A stretch of DNA of 64,000 nucleotides from an uncultured Lachnospiraceae bacterium (GCA_947089905.1 CAMUMG010000003.1:206442-270441); one strand, 5' to 3'. Shown: positions 27,790 to 40,711, counted from the first letter of the stretch. Numbers and translations: made by a program. The notes: generated by a model from the letters alone, not told the origin.

Positions 27790-30700
27790 TTATTGTCCCG
27801 CATCCTTTCTAATAATATTGAGTTGATACTTTCTGGTATCTCCGTTTTCTGCTACAACAAAAAGACTGATCTGATTTGTTCCAACATTTAAATCATAATA
27901 TGATGTTCCACTTACTACTGCTTTTTTGTTTACTGTTTCTGCTGCAATCTGGATAACATCACAAGAATTGTCTACAACTAAATAATATTCCTGATCTAAT
28001 GTCATATCAAAGTCTGGTGTCATATTTAACTGTGCTCCAGATAGATCAAAAATCTTTAGTGTTTTTAGCCAATTATTTGGGTTGAGTTTTGTCTGTGGTA
28101 TAGGAGATGCTGTTTCTGGCATATTTAAATAAACTGGAATAGAAAAAACAATTGGTAAATTTTCAACGTTTGTATATCCAGCATAGACTTTTCTTCCTTC
28201 TGAATAAGGTGCTTCCACATTTGCCATATATTGATGGGAATAGGTAGAAGAAGGTGTTACATTAAATTTTTGTAAATATATTGTATTTTGTCCTTTACTG
28301 ATATAGGAATTTCCAATAATATATGCTCCGCCCACAATAGCACGATATCGATTTGTCCATGGAATTAATGAATTGGAATTCAATGTCGCATTGGTACTTC
28401 CATTTTTCGCATATTTTAAACCATTTGCAATTGCTCCACCTGCTGCTGTACTGTTATATGCTCCGATATTATAAAAATTATAATATCCTTCCCATCCTTT
28501 AAATGTTCCTGAAACACTGCTGCTCATTGTTGTTGCTCCAGTTACTACTTCTTGCTTTACTCTACTTGCCAGATGATATGGACTGACATTTGAATATTGG
28601 GCAGCTTGAATAAATGTTTCTCCATAAGTAATATTTTGTGATACTCCCTGTTCATCCTGATAAGTATAGGATGTCTGATACATTGGTGTGTATTGTAAAA
28701 TATCCTCTACACCAGATAAATTTTGATAGGATGGTTCATAAGTTAATACTTCAAACTGAAAAATACTTTTTTCATCCAAAAAGTTTCTAGGATCCATATA
28801 GTAAGCAGTTGCTTCTTTGGAAGCAGTTACCCAAGTAGAGCCATCAAATACAATAAAACTATCTGTCTTCCAATTATATGCTCCATTTTCAAGTGACTTC
28901 CATTCAATACCTTTACTATTTGGAATTAAATTTTTTCCTGCAACACTTTCATTTTCTATTACTGTATTCCAATCCAAACCAGTATGATATGCGTGAAACT
29001 CCCATTTAGGATATTTTTGATGTAATTGTCGAAGTAATTTTTTATAATCTTCTGGAAAGCCCTGAGACGCCAATTTAGCTTCAAAATCGCCATAATCTGA
29101 AACTGGGGTTGGTGTTGGGGTTAACATAGGAGTTGGTGTTGGTAAAATAGGTTTCGTATTACCCTGACCATCATCTTGAAGCTCTAAAAATTCTTCTGCT
29201 ATATATCCGGTATATGTTCCACTTTGCCATTGGAATTGTACTTGATACCAAAGCATTTCCTCTCCATTTACTACTTTTAGAAGTGTTACTGCAAATCCAC
29301 TGCTCAATAAAATTGGTGAACCATGATTGTCACAGACTACACCACCAAAATATCCTGGTTCTGAACGAATAATTAAGGCTTGTGCATTCTTAATTATAGC
29401 TTTGGTTGTTGGTAAGACTGGGGTTGGTGTTGGCATAGGAGTTGGACTTGGTGTAGGGCTTGGACTTGGCTTTGGTGTAGGGCTTGGACTTGGTTTTGGT
29501 GTAGGAGTTGGACTTGGACTTAACGTGGGAGTTGGTGTTTCCTTCTCCCATGTTAAATCTACTTCACTCGCTGGAATATATCCCTGATAGGAATTTGTTC
29601 CATCTTCAAATTTTACCAAAAACCATTTTTGTTGTCCATCCGTTTTCTCTCCTAATAGTGTCAAAAATGTTCCTTTTTTTAATGAAAGAATATTTTTATC
29701 CTTATTTTTGACATAAGCAGCATCCTTTTCAATAGAAACTTTTAGGCGAATATTATTTCCAGTTAAGATGCCATAAACAGGAGAATTATAATCTAGTACA
29801 ATATAAAGACTTAATGCGTATCCTGTTATCTTCTTTTTATTTACTACTGCTTCTATTTGATACCAAGTTCCATTCGAAGTATCTTCTTCTCCTATCACTG
29901 TAACCTTTGTCTTATTTGTTAAAGAGGCTAACTTTTCACTGTCTGTTGTTGCTTTACTTCTTAAATTAAGTGTTCCTGCACTAACTGTTGCAGGAAGTGA
30001 GAGTTTTTGATCTTGTGATGGGGTTGGGGTTGGACTTGGTGTCGTTACTGCTACTTTTTTTCCCAGTAACTCTACTTGATCTGCGGTAACATATCCTCTA
30101 TAACTCGTTCCTGATATAGTAACTCCTACTCGAAACCACTTTTTCCCACCTACGGTTTTCTCATCAGAAATCCAAACTTGTCTTGGACCTAAGTTTAACT
30201 TAGAACCATCTGACATAGTAACTGCTTTATTTCCTCCAGCCGTTTCCAAAGGAGTGGTATTATCATTTAGTAATTTACCATAAAAACCGCTTCCAAACGT
30301 AATGGCAATATAATCACTTAATACATATCCTGAAATAGTTTTGCCACCAGATTTTGTATTGATCTGATACCAAAATTCTGAACCATTTTTCTTTCTTCCG
30401 ATAATTGTAACTGTATCATCACGATGTAGTTCTGCTAACTTTTCATAAGAAGTTCCTGCACCTTTACGGACATTTAATGTAGAACCTGTTACCTTTGCAG
30501 ATAATTTTAATTCCATTTCATATGTTTCAGGCTGTTCTGGTACAGTAGTTGGCTTTGGAGTAGGTTCTGTTTGAGATGTCTTGCTTCCTAACAATTTTAA
30601 TGATTGTGCTGGAACATAACCATTGTATTCTTTTTCTGAGATTGTAAGAGTAACACAAAACCACTTCCCATCGTTTACATTTTCTTCATCAGACAAAAGT

Positions 30701-31686
30701 ACCTGTTCATCATTTAAAACCATTTCTGAACCATCTTCTAATAATGTAGGCGTTGTTCCCCCTGCATAAGTGACTGCTGTAATATCCTCTTTTACTTCTG
30801 CATAAAATGGAGAATCAAACTGTAATTGAATATGTGTACTGTCTACATAACCAGTATAATTTTTTTTATCAACTTGTGCTGTAATATAATAAAATCTTTC
30901 TTCTTGTGTTTCTTTTACTCCTGTTACTGTAACCTGTGCCCCATTTAAAAGTAGTGCTAGGCTTTTAGAGTCCTCGTCTGCTTCTTGCCAGATATCGAGT
31001 TCACTAGCTGTTACAATTCCAGTAATATTCATCCGAAATCCTGGTGCATTGGTTGGTGTGGGCAAGGCACTAGAAGTCGGTGTTGGTGCTTTTGTAGGAG
31101 CCAAAGTTGGTGTTACTGTCGATGTTGTATTTTGTGTCTTTTTTATATATTGAACACTAGAATAGCCTTCAATCTCAGTTCCTAAGAATACTGCACGCAA
31201 ATGATACCAACCATTTTCCTCTCCTAAAATAGTGATACTTTGTCCTTTTGTAAGATAAACTTCTGTATTATTTACTTTAATTTTATCATAGTTTAATCCC
31301 GGCCCTTTTCGAACCATAAGTGTATTTGCTGTACAGATTCCATTTTCATTGCTATTTGTTGTATCGGAAACAGTTTGAATGTATTTTGCCAAGGAATAAC
31401 CTGTCACCTGCTTTCCCCGAAATTCAGCTTTTAAATGATACCAGCCATTTTTTGAATCTAAAATTTCCACTACTTGGTTTTTCGTTAAATATGCCTCTTC
31501 TTTATTTACCATAACACTGTCATATTCTGTTCCTGGACCAGTTCGAATCATTAACATATTTGCAGTACATACGCCCTTTCCTGCTGCCAATACCAAAACC
31601 TTTGGCATACCAATGACTTCAAGCAGGATACAAAGACACAGTAAAATGGACAATCTGCGGCTTTTTTTCCACTTTTGTATATTCAT
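27790..31686 (-). CDS. Very large secreted cell-wall hydrolase. About nine SH3b-like modules, Pro/Thr linkers, an N-acetylglucosaminidase (GH73-like) domain and a terminal cadherin-like domain.
   Basis: 1298 aa. Repeated ...LN(V/L)R.G.G......GWY.. modules. The catalytic-domain region (YHTGLDWNTVIE...YYNFYNIGAY...YLQKFNV) resembles LytD-type glucosaminidases. Confidence 0.7.
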   Translation of the reverse strand: MNIQKWKKSRRLSILLCLCILLEVIGMPKVLVLAAGKGVCTANMLMIRTGPGTEYDSVMVNKEEAYLTKNQVVEILDSKNGWYHLKAEFRGKQVTGYSLAKYIQTVSDTTNSNENGICTANTLMVRKGPGLNYDKIKVNNTEVYLTKGQSITILGEENGWYHLRAVFLGTEIEGYSSVQYIKKTQNTTSTVTPTLAPTKAPTPTSSALPTPTNAPGFRMNITGIVTASELDIWQEADEDSKSLALLLNGAQVTVTGVKETQEERFYYITAQVDKKNYTGYVDSTHIQLQFDSPFYAEVKEDITAVTYAGGTTPTLLEDGSEMVLNDEQVLLSDEENVNDGKWFCVTLTISEKEYNGYVPAQSLKLLGSKTSQTEPTPKPTTVPEQPETYEMELKLSAKVTGSTLNVRKGAGTSYEKLAELHRDDTVTIIGRKKNGSEFWYQINTKSGGKTISGYVLSDYIAITFGSGFYGKLLNDNTTPLETAGGNKAVTMSDGSKLNLGPRQVWISDEKTVGGKKWFRVGVTISGTSYRGYVTADQVELLGKKVAVTTPSPTPTPSQDQKLSLPATVSAGTLNLRSKATTDSEKLASLTNKTKVTVIGEEDTSNGTWYQIEAVVNKKKITGYALSLYIVLDYNSPVYGILTGNNIRLKVSIEKDAAYVKNKDKNILSLKKGTFLTLLGEKTDGQQKWFLVKFEDGTNSYQGYIPASEVDLTWEKETPTPTLSPSPTPTPKPSPSPTPKPSPSPTPSPTPMPTPTPVLPTTKAIIKNAQALIIRSEPGYFGGVVCDNHGSPILLSSGFAVTLLKVVNGEEMLWYQVQFQWQSGTYTGYIAEEFLELQDDGQGNTKPILPTPTPMLTPTPTPVSDYGDFEAKLASQGFPEDYKKLLRQLHQKYPKWEFHAYHTGLDWNTVIENESVAGKNLIPNSKGIEWKSLENGAYNWKTDSFIVFDGSTWVTASKEATAYYMDPRNFLDEKSIFQFEVLTYEPSYQNLSGVEDILQYTPMYQTSYTYQDEQGVSQNITYGETFIQAAQYSNVSPYHLASRVKQEVVTGATTMSSSVSGTFKGWEGYYNFYNIGAYNSTAAGGAIANGLKYAKNGSTNATLNSNSLIPWTNRYRAIVGGAYIIGNSYISKGQNTIYLQKFNVTPSSTYSHQYMANVEAPYSEGRKVYAGYTNVENLPIVFSIPVYLNMPETASPIPQTKLNPNNWLKTLKIFDLSGAQLNMTPDFDMTLDQEYYLVVDNSCDVIQIAAETVNKKAVVSGTSYYDLNVGTNQISLFVVAENGDTRKYQLNIIRKDAGQ
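29432..29521 (-). repeat. 24-nt tandem repeat (3 full copies plus a partial one) encoding a PSPSPTPK-type linker
   Basis: GGTGTAGGGCTTGGACTTGG(C/T)TTT repeated at 29450, 29474 and 29498 (plus strand), inside the hydrolase CDS. Confidence 0.85.
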
Positions 31687-31803
31687 TTTAAATTCCTCAT
31701 TTCCTGATCATTTTTGCAAATCATCTTAGAAGACACATATGGCAGTTATGTGGCAAAACTATGGTCATTCCGTGTGTAATCATCAAGAAACAAGAAAAAC
31801 TGA

Positions 31804-33075
31804 TTAGATCTCATCAATAGCCTTTCCAATGTCATGACGCATATATTGTTTTTCAAAGTGAATCCAATCAGTCGCCTCATAGGCATTTGCTCTTGCCTGT
31901 TTTAGAGTCTTACCTAAAGCGGTAACTCCAAGTACTCTTCCTCCGCTTGTTACCACCTCTCCATTTTCCTCTTTTGTTCCAGCATGAAATAGATAATATC
32001 CCTCTTTATCTTTGAAACATTTTAAACCATGAATGGGGAATCCCTTTTCATACTGTTCTGGATATCCTCCTGATGCAAGAACTACACAAACCGCCGCATT
32101 TTCTTCAAACTCTAATGTAATATCTGATAAACGACCATCAATACATGCTTCAAATACATCAACAATATCGTTTTTCATTCGAGGAAGTACTACTTGTGTT
32201 TCTGGATCTCCAAATCTTGCATTATACTCTAATACCTTTGGACCATCTTTCGTTAACATCAGTCCAACAAACAAAACTCCAGTAAAACTTCTTCCTTCCT
32301 TTTTCATTGCATCGATAGTTGGCTGATAAATATGGGTATGACAATATTCATCGATCTCTTTTGTATAAAACGGGCTAGGAGAAAATGTTCCCATACCTCC
32401 AGTATTTAAGCCCTCGTCATTATCTTTTGCACGTTTATGATCTTGGGCACTTGTCATAAGTTTAATTGTAGTACCATCACAAAAACAAAGCGCAGAAACC
32501 TCTGGTCCTGTTATAAATTCTTCAATTATAATCGTATTGCCTGCTGTTCCAAACTGTTTTTTTAGCATTAAAGAATTAACTCCATCTATTGCCTCTTGTA
32601 ATGTATTACAGATTAAAACTCCCTTTCCAAGAGCAAGACCATCTGCTTTTAATACAACTGGATAGTTTATGGTATGTAAATAGGAAAGTGCCTCGTCTGC
32701 TTTATGAAATATTTCATATGCTGCAGTTGGAATATTATATTTTTTCATCAAATCTTTCGAAAATGCCTTTGAACTCTCGATTAAGGCTGCATTTTTACGA
32801 GGACCAAAAATTCGAAGTCCGTTTTGTTCAAAAACATCTACAATTCCAGCAGCTAATGGTTCATCCATTCCAACTACTGTTAGATCGATTCCCTTCTCTT
32901 TTGCAAACTCTGCTAACTGTTCAAATTCCATTGTACTAATTGGCACACATTCTGCAATCTCTGCAATTCCTGCATTTCCGGGAGCACAGTAAACTTTTTC
33001 CACTCGACTACTTTTTGCAATCTTAAAACAGATAGCATGTTCTCTACCGCCTCCACCAATGACTAATACCTTCAT
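31804..33075 (-). CDS. purD: Phosphoribosylamine--glycine ligase
   Basis: Start at MKVLVIGGGGREHA (ATG 33075). ATP-grasp fold motifs. Confidence 0.92.
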   Translation of the reverse strand: MKVLVIGGGGREHAICFKIAKSSRVEKVYCAPGNAGIAEIAECVPISTMEFEQLAEFAKEKGIDLTVVGMDEPLAAGIVDVFEQNGLRIFGPRKNAALIESSKAFSKDLMKKYNIPTAAYEIFHKADEALSYLHTINYPVVLKADGLALGKGVLICNTLQEAIDGVNSLMLKKQFGTAGNTIIIEEFITGPEVSALCFCDGTTIKLMTSAQDHKRAKDNDEGLNTGGMGTFSPSPFYTKEIDEYCHTHIYQPTIDAMKKEGRSFTGVLFVGLMLTKDGPKVLEYNARFGDPETQVVLPRMKNDIVDVFEACIDGRLSDITLEFEENAAVCVVLASGGYPEQYEKGFPIHGLKCFKDKEGYYLFHAGTKEENGEVVTSGGRVLGVTALGKTLKQARANAYEATDWIHFEKQYMRHDIGKAIDEI

Positions 33076-33091
33076 ACTTTTCTCCATTTCT

Positions 33092-33718
33092 CTATTCCAT
33101 AATTTCTGTCTGTTTTCCATTTACCCTTACTTTTCCCGCCGCAATCAGACGAATTGCCTCCGGAAGTAAAATCCATTCCGCTTCTTCCATTACTCTTTTT
33201 TGAAGTGTTTTTGGTGTGTCCATCTGGTGTACTTGTACCGCCTTTTGTAATAAGATTGGACCTGTATCTGTACCATCATCTACAAAATGCACTGTTGCGC
33301 CTGTCACTTTACAGCCACGCTCTAATACCATTTCGTGTACTTTTAACCCGTAACATCCTGCTCCACAAAAAGAAGGAATTAAGGAAGGATGAATATTTAT
33401 AATCTTATTTTCATATTTTGTAATTAGTTCTTTTGGCAGAATAACAAGAAAACCTGCAAGTACAATTAAATCTGGCAAAAAGGCATCAACCTGTTTTATA
33501 AGTTCTTGATTAAATTCCTCTTTAACAGGAAAGTCTTTTTTGGATACACAAACAGCCGAAATTCCATATTTTTTAGCTCTTTCTAATGCGTAAGCATCTT
33601 TTTTGTTACTAATCACTCCAACTATCTGTACATCATTTAATGAACCATCTGTAACTCGATCTAAAATTGCCTGTAGATTTGTTCCACCTCCTGAAACCAT
33701 GACTAAAATTTTTAGCAT
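33092..33718 (-). CDS. purN: Phosphoribosylglycinamide formyltransferase
   Basis: 208 aa. [17 protein letters not shown] and [13 protein letters not shown] motifs. Confidence 0.9.
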   Translation of the reverse strand: MLKILVMVSGGGTNLQAILDRVTDGSLNDVQIVGVISNKKDAYALERAKKYGISAVCVSKKDFPVKEEFNQELIKQVDAFLPDLIVLAGFLVILPKELITKYENKIINIHPSLIPSFCGAGCYGLKVHEMVLERGCKVTGATVHFVDDGTDTGPILLQKAVQVHQMDTPKTLQKRVMEEAEWILLPEAIRLIAAGKVRVNGKQTEIME

Positions 33719-34737
33719 AATAAGATTCCTCTTTCTCCTTCTTTAATCTCTCCAATAATATAAGCTGCTTCTCCTGCCGCTTCTAATTGTTTCATAGCAT
33801 CGTTCGCATCATTTTTATCTACTACAACCATCATACCGATTCCCATATTAAATGTATTATACATGACATGTTCTGCAATATCTCCGTCTTTTGAAAGCAT
33901 ATCAAAAATTGGAGGTATTGGATAACTTCCTTTATGAATGAATGCAGTTACACCTTCTTTTAACATTCTTGGTACGTTTTCATAAAAGCCACCGCCAGTA
34001 ATATGACAACATGCTTTTACTTCTAAATTATTTTCCTTTAGTGTTTTAAGAGCCTTTACATAGATTTTTGTTGGCGTAAGTAAAGTTTCTCCTAAAGTTG
34101 ATCCTAAACTTTCATAGTACATTTCCAGAGATTCTTTTTTCATACGAAATACTTTACGTACTAAAGAATATCCATTGCTGTGAATTCCAGAAGAAGCGAT
34201 TCCTAAAATAACATCTCCTGCTGCTAAATTTTGTCCTGTAATCATCTTTGGTGCATCTACAATTCCAACAGCAAAACCTGCTAAATCATATTCATCTACT
34301 GGATAAAATCCTGGCATTTCCGCTGTTTCTCCACCAATTAGGGCAGCACCTGCCTGTTTACAGCCATTTGCTACTCCAGAAACGATTGTAGCAATTTTTT
34401 CTGGATCGTTTTTTCCACAGGCAATATAATCGAGGAAAAAGAGTGGCTCACCACCTGCACAGGCAATATCATTGACACACATGGCAACACAGTCAATTCC
34501 AATTGTATCATGCTTGTCTAAAAGGAAGGCAAGTTTTAACTTTGTTCCGACACCATCTGTTCCAGATACCAGTGTCGGTTTTTCCATTGTCATAAAACCT
34601 TCTAAGGAAAATGCACCTGAAAAACCACCTAATCCACCTAATACCTCACTTCTTGTCGTACTCTGTACATGCTTTTTCATTAATTCTACTGCCTTATATC
34701 CGGCTTCAATATCAACTCCTGCTTTTTTATAGTCCAT
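33712..34737 (-). CDS. purM: Phosphoribosylformylglycinamidine cyclo-ligase (AIR synthetase)
   Basis: 341 aa. DYKKAGVDI... and GTDGVGTK motifs. Confidence 0.92.
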   Translation of the reverse strand: MDYKKAGVDIEAGYKAVELMKKHVQSTTRSEVLGGLGGFSGAFSLEGFMTMEKPTLVSGTDGVGTKLKLAFLLDKHDTIGIDCVAMCVNDIACAGGEPLFFLDYIACGKNDPEKIATIVSGVANGCKQAGAALIGGETAEMPGFYPVDEYDLAGFAVGIVDAPKMITGQNLAAGDVILGIASSGIHSNGYSLVRKVFRMKKESLEMYYESLGSTLGETLLTPTKIYVKALKTLKENNLEVKACCHITGGGFYENVPRMLKEGVTAFIHKGSYPIPPIFDMLSKDGDIAEHVMYNTFNMGIGMMVVVDKNDANDAMKQLEAAGEAAYIIGEIKEGERGILLC

Positions 34738-34914
34738 AATCTTCCTCCTTTAATTGCAATTTCATTTTTATTATATCATCTCTCTTATTATTTGTCCTCT
34801 CTTTTTCCTACAAAATTTCTAATAATTTTAGCATTTCTTTTTATCAACAATATATTGCTATATAAAAAAAAGCCAGATAGATACTCTCCATCCTAGCTTT
34901 TTTATTTTCGTTTA

Positions 34915-36321
34915 TTATACCATATTATAAAGTTGTTTTATTTGTTCATATGCCTTTGTATCTTCCAATTTAGCACAATCGATCCGCTTACTAAGTTGTT
35001 CTCTGACTGAACGGCTTGCGAAATTTTGCAGCATCTTTTCTGTATTATTCCAACTACCGATTAATGACATCATCTCTTCTGCAATACTACTTATTTTATT
35101 AAAATGATTTTTGATATTCTGACATAATCTTCTCTCTGTTTCTCCATACTTTTCAGATAATTCATCAAAATATTTTGCCGCCCATCTTCTGCCGTCACAA
35201 ATACATACCATTGCATCATTTTGGACGATTAGTTTCGAAAACAGATCATCAAAACTAACACTTTTAAACCATTTCTCATCTAATAACATATCTCTCCATG
35301 CCTCATAGGCTTTGATTCCTTTTGTATAGGTCTCTTCCTCTCTTTCCCTCATGACATCAGTTGCCATTTTTATGACTTCTTTATCACTATAACAGGTATC
35401 TGTCATAGCACCAATACACATAACTGCCTGTGTATCTGTATTTTCCCACCAACTATCACATCGAAAATAGCCATTATCCATTGAACCAACTAAGGAAGAA
35501 AACTCAGGATCGTTTTGAAAAAAGTTCCATCCTATCATAACATCTCCGTCACAATCATATCCTGTAATAATACATGGTTCTGGTGGTCCAATAATTCCTA
35601 ATGCAATTACTGGATAGCCCTTTTTTATATTTGATTTTATATAATTTTTAAAATCTTCTTTTGTTATATCCTTATCTCTTCCCAAGAAAGAAAATTCTCT
35701 TTTTAATGCTTTTGCCCCATACTGATAAATATCATTTGATTCATTTAAAGTATGGTATATATCAATATTGCTTAACTCCCATATTTCCCGATTCCATACT
35801 AAACGAAACGCTGCTCCGGTTGCTGCCATAATAAAGGCATAGGAAATATTATCCCCTAAATATTCTGATACTGCTTTTACACAAATCGGAAACATTGTGT
35901 TACTTTCATATGTTCCCTGTTCAATCTTTCGAATTCCATATAATATTGTATTTTCATGATCTTGTTTCATGATTAACTTATCACTCCTTTTTTCAATTAA
36001 GGATCGATTCAGGCGAAACTCACTTGGCGACATACCAAAAATTTTTCGGAAAGCTCTAGTATAGGATTCATGATTGGAAAATCCACACTCCAATGCAATA
36101 TCAATTATTTTTTTATTAGAATGTAATACATCAAAAGCAGAAATAAGAAGACGTCTTCTTTTATAATACTGCATAATAGGCATATCTATATTCTTCAAAA
36201 ACAGTTCTCGAATATAGATCTCTGAAAATCCAAAACTCTTTGACATCTCTTTAATATCAAAGTCTTTTATATAACTTTCTATATAACTAATCAAGGCATG
36301 TGCCATAGTTGAATAACCCAT
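34915..36321 (-). CDS. AraC-family transcriptional regulator with an N-terminal HTH and a large C-terminal domain of unclear function
   Basis: 468 aa. The AraC HTH_18 signature (ECGFSNHESYTRAFRKIFGMSPSEFR) is at the N-terminus. Divergent from abfA. Confidence 0.75.
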   Translation of the reverse strand: MGYSTMAHALISYIESYIKDFDIKEMSKSFGFSEIYIRELFLKNIDMPIMQYYKRRRLLISAFDVLHSNKKIIDIALECGFSNHESYTRAFRKIFGMSPSEFRLNRSLIEKRSDKLIMKQDHENTILYGIRKIEQGTYESNTMFPICVKAVSEYLGDNISYAFIMAATGAAFRLVWNREIWELSNIDIYHTLNESNDIYQYGAKALKREFSFLGRDKDITKEDFKNYIKSNIKKGYPVIALGIIGPPEPCIITGYDCDGDVMIGWNFFQNDPEFSSLVGSMDNGYFRCDSWWENTDTQAVMCIGAMTDTCYSDKEVIKMATDVMREREEETYTKGIKAYEAWRDMLLDEKWFKSVSFDDLFSKLIVQNDAMVCICDGRRWAAKYFDELSEKYGETERRLCQNIKNHFNKISSIAEEMMSLIGSWNNTEKMLQNFASRSVREQLSKRIDCAKLEDTKAYEQIKQLYNMV

Positions 36322-36385
36322 TTTATTTCCTTCTTTTCATCATGATGTAATAGTAGTATAACAATTTTTTCAAAGTATGTCTTGA

Positions 36386-38038
<1,653 letters not shown>

Positions 38039-38049
38039 TTATAAATATT

Positions 38050-38095
38050 AGAGCAGAAGAACCAAACTTTCTATCATTTTTGGTTTTTCTGCTCT
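38050..38095. terminator. Bidirectional terminator between the convergent abfA and purE
   Basis: AGAGCAGAAGAACCAAA / TTTGGTTTTTCTGCTCT 17-bp stem with one G-T pair. Confidence 0.75.
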
Positions 38096-38122
38096 TTCGA
38101 TTTTCATTTTATAAAATGGGAT

Positions 38123-38632
38123 TTATGCCTTTAAATATTCCTGATATCCTACCTTTTCTAATTTTTCTTTCTTCGCTACTACACCTTCCTTTAATTCTTC
38201 TTTATATGCTTTTATCTTTTCCAAAAGTTCTGGATCAGAAGCAGCTAAAATTTTTGCTGCTAAAATTCCGGCATTTGCACCTCCATCGATTGCGACCGTT
38301 GCAACTGGAATTCCAGAAGGCATTTGAACGATAGAATACAAAGAATCTACACCATTTAATGTCTTTGTATGAATTGGCACACCAATAACAGGAAGTGGAA
38401 AAATTGCTGCTGCCATTCCCGGAAGATGGGCTGCTCCGCCTGCTCCTGCAATAATTACCTTCCAGCCTTTTTTTTCTGCATTGTTTGCATACTCAAAAAA
38501 GATATCTGGCATTCGATGTGCAGAGATTACAGTCATCTCATATTCTATTCCAAATTTTTCAAGCATCTGAGCCGCTTTACTCATAACAGGAAGATCCGAA
38601 TCACTTCCCATAACAATACCAACCTTAGCCAT
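38123..38632 (-). CDS. purE: N5-carboxyaminoimidazole ribonucleotide mutase
   Basis: 169 aa. GSDSDLPVM and [11 protein letters not shown] motifs. Confidence 0.92.
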   Translation of the reverse strand: MAKVGIVMGSDSDLPVMSKAAQMLEKFGIEYEMTVISAHRMPDIFFEYANNAEKKGWKVIIAGAGGAAHLPGMAAAIFPLPVIGVPIHTKTLNGVDSLYSIVQMPSGIPVATVAIDGGANAGILAAKILAASDPELLEKIKAYKEELKEGVVAKKEKLEKVGYQEYLKA

Positions 38633-38664
38633 AGCTATTCCTTCCTTTCACTTTTTTAATTTTT

Positions 38665-40710
38665 TTATAATGGTTCATTCAGGATTTCTACTTCAGGAAG
38701 TACAAACCGACCATTTTGAATGATAAGAGTTTTTGTATTATCCTTTTGTACCGAAGCAATTTCTCCAATTTCATCGTATGGAATTGTAATATCTGTATGA
38801 CAGTTAAAATAAGCTTTTTCTATCTCTGTCTTACGAAGAGCAGAACATTCATTTTCTCTTGCTATCATCTCTTTACCGTTTGGATTATACATTTTATGAT
38901 CTTCACTCATCTTATAACAGGTATCACCTATTGCAAAATGAGGTCCTGTTTTTTCTGCAATTAAAATGGGAAGCTTGTCTTGAATTTGGTATTTTTGTGC
39001 CATCGCATAAGCAGTTGTATTTGTTCCAATCGCAAATTCTCCCATTGGCAGAGTATCATGTCCAAACATCAGATTTTCTTTTAAAAATGTTTGATTTTCT
39101 TCTTCTGATTCAAAATTTTTGCAATCATAAGAAATAATCATTCCATCTTTAAATACTAAGGATAAATCTCTATAATACAACCCCATTAAATATACTTTTT
39201 TAACATGGAGCAGTCCATTTGTCCCTTCCAAAAGGGGAGAAGTAAATACTTCCCCAACTGGAATATTCACATCTGCTGTACAATTTTCAAATTTTGTTTC
39301 TCTTTGTGGATCAGAAATAGATTGTAAATGAATGGTCAAATCCGTTTTATTTCCATTTTGTCCTTTTACTCTCACCCATTCCCCACAGTCCAAAACATCG
39401 ATAAGGCATTGCCCAATCTTTTGATAAAGTGTATTATCTAATGTATTAATTTTAACGGTTTCTTTAAAAATTTCTTCAAAATCTTTTCCAATACTAGGAA
39501 TAGGATAAGCAATCATTGTATAGGAAGTTTCTTCTGGATTAATATATTCTCTTTGTAAAAGATTAATATCTCTTTGTTGTTTTGTTATTAATTCTTGCTG
39601 TTTAACATTTCTTTGAATTGCCTGTGCTTTTAAATATGGAGTATATTCTGGCTCTCCAAAAGATTGTACTAGTGCTGGACCTGCAAAAAGGGCTGCTTTT
39701 TCCTTAAACTGTTCTAAGGCTGCTTTTCTTGCATTCCATGCAGTTTCTTTTAACCTTTTATCATATAACAGACCATCGTCAAAACGGTGATCATAATCAT
39801 ATTGTGGATTTGGAGTGGTTGAACAGTGTCCACCTCTTCTTCCCTGAATACGTCCAGCCAGTGATATAGCACGAATATTGATTGTTACTTCCTTTCCGAT
39901 CTTTTCTAAACGTTTTATAGCAATCTGTATCATACGTTCAAATCCAATCGGATAGCGAATGGACACAATATTTTTCTTTTCAAAACTTAATCCCATTACT
40001 GAAAATCCACGAATATATCCCTCAACATAGGTATCTGCCATAGCAGAGAGCTGTTTTTCTGGTAAGGAATTTAAAAAGGCAGCCGTTCTTTTTTCATTTT
40101 CTGAAATGTATTCTCCATAAAAATATAGAATTTTACTATCTGTAGTATCTCCATTGATTAAAAGATTTCTAATAAAACAATCCTTTGAATCAAAATCTTC
40201 TTTTAAAAACTGAATCGTAAACTCTTCCATATAGTCATGAACATAATAATATAAAGCATTGTGAAATTCTTGATATAATTCTTCTGTATCCTCTATTGTT
40301 TGAAAATATTGATATATTTCTAAAAATAATTCAAATCCAACTGTTAATTCAAACAGTTGTCCTTTAAATGTTGGTGTAATTAAACTTCTTAGTTCTGCCG
40401 TAAGGCAAGAAATCTCTTTTCCAATTCGTTCTCCAAATAGTAAAACTGTATATTCTGGATTTGTATAGCTTGTCTGATATGCTTCTACAAGAATATCTTT
40501 ATATAATTTATGATTATACTCTGATAATTCTTTTTCTGTCTTTTTATATAGAGAACCATCTCTTACCTGTTTTGAGATCTCTGCTAATAAAAGCAGAAAA
40601 TTTGCCCCTTTTTTAAAATAATCTAAGTACTGTTCTGGAACTGTCTGCTCATTTGGAATCTGAGAAATTCTTTCAAGACTAAGTTCAAATCGTTCCTTTA
40701 ATATTTCCAT
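38665..40710 (-). CDS. M29-like (aminopeptidase T/PepS-type) metallopeptidase with an N-terminal extension of about 300 aa
   Basis: Start set at MEILKERF (ATG 40710, GAGG RBS, 1 nt after the HD gene stop). The C-terminal half has GEFAIGTNT...GPHFAIGD...CHTDITIP, which resembles family M29. Confidence 0.6.
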   Translation of the reverse strand: MEILKERFELSLERISQIPNEQTVPEQYLDYFKKGANFLLLLAEISKQVRDGSLYKKTEKELSEYNHKLYKDILVEAYQTSYTNPEYTVLLFGERIGKEISCLTAELRSLITPTFKGQLFELTVGFELFLEIYQYFQTIEDTEELYQEFHNALYYYVHDYMEEFTIQFLKEDFDSKDCFIRNLLINGDTTDSKILYFYGEYISENEKRTAAFLNSLPEKQLSAMADTYVEGYIRGFSVMGLSFEKKNIVSIRYPIGFERMIQIAIKRLEKIGKEVTINIRAISLAGRIQGRRGGHCSTTPNPQYDYDHRFDDGLLYDKRLKETAWNARKAALEQFKEKAALFAGPALVQSFGEPEYTPYLKAQAIQRNVKQQELITKQQRDINLLQREYINPEETSYTMIAYPIPSIGKDFEEIFKETVKINTLDNTLYQKIGQCLIDVLDCGEWVRVKGQNGNKTDLTIHLQSISDPQRETKFENCTADVNIPVGEVFTSPLLEGTNGLLHVKKVYLMGLYYRDLSLVFKDGMIISYDCKNFESEEENQTFLKENLMFGHDTLPMGEFAIGTNTTAYAMAQKYQIQDKLPILIAEKTGPHFAIGDTCYKMSEDHKMYNPNGKEMIARENECSALRKTEIEKAYFNCHTDITIPYDEIGEIASVQKDNTKTLIIQNGRFVLPEVEILNEPL

Positions 40711-40711
40711 A

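Noticed and set aside
29327-29587. Plus-strand ORF encoding GVGVGIGVGLGVGLGLGFGVGLG...
   Set aside because: It is the antisense reading of the Pro/Thr/Ser linker repeat inside the hydrolase gene, a low-complexity artefact.
34738-34914. Purine, ZTP or THF riboswitch, or a PurR box, upstream of purM
   Set aside because: No recognisable conserved riboswitch core, such as the purine-riboswitch loop motifs, was seen on the minus strand. A covariance-model scan would be needed to be certain.
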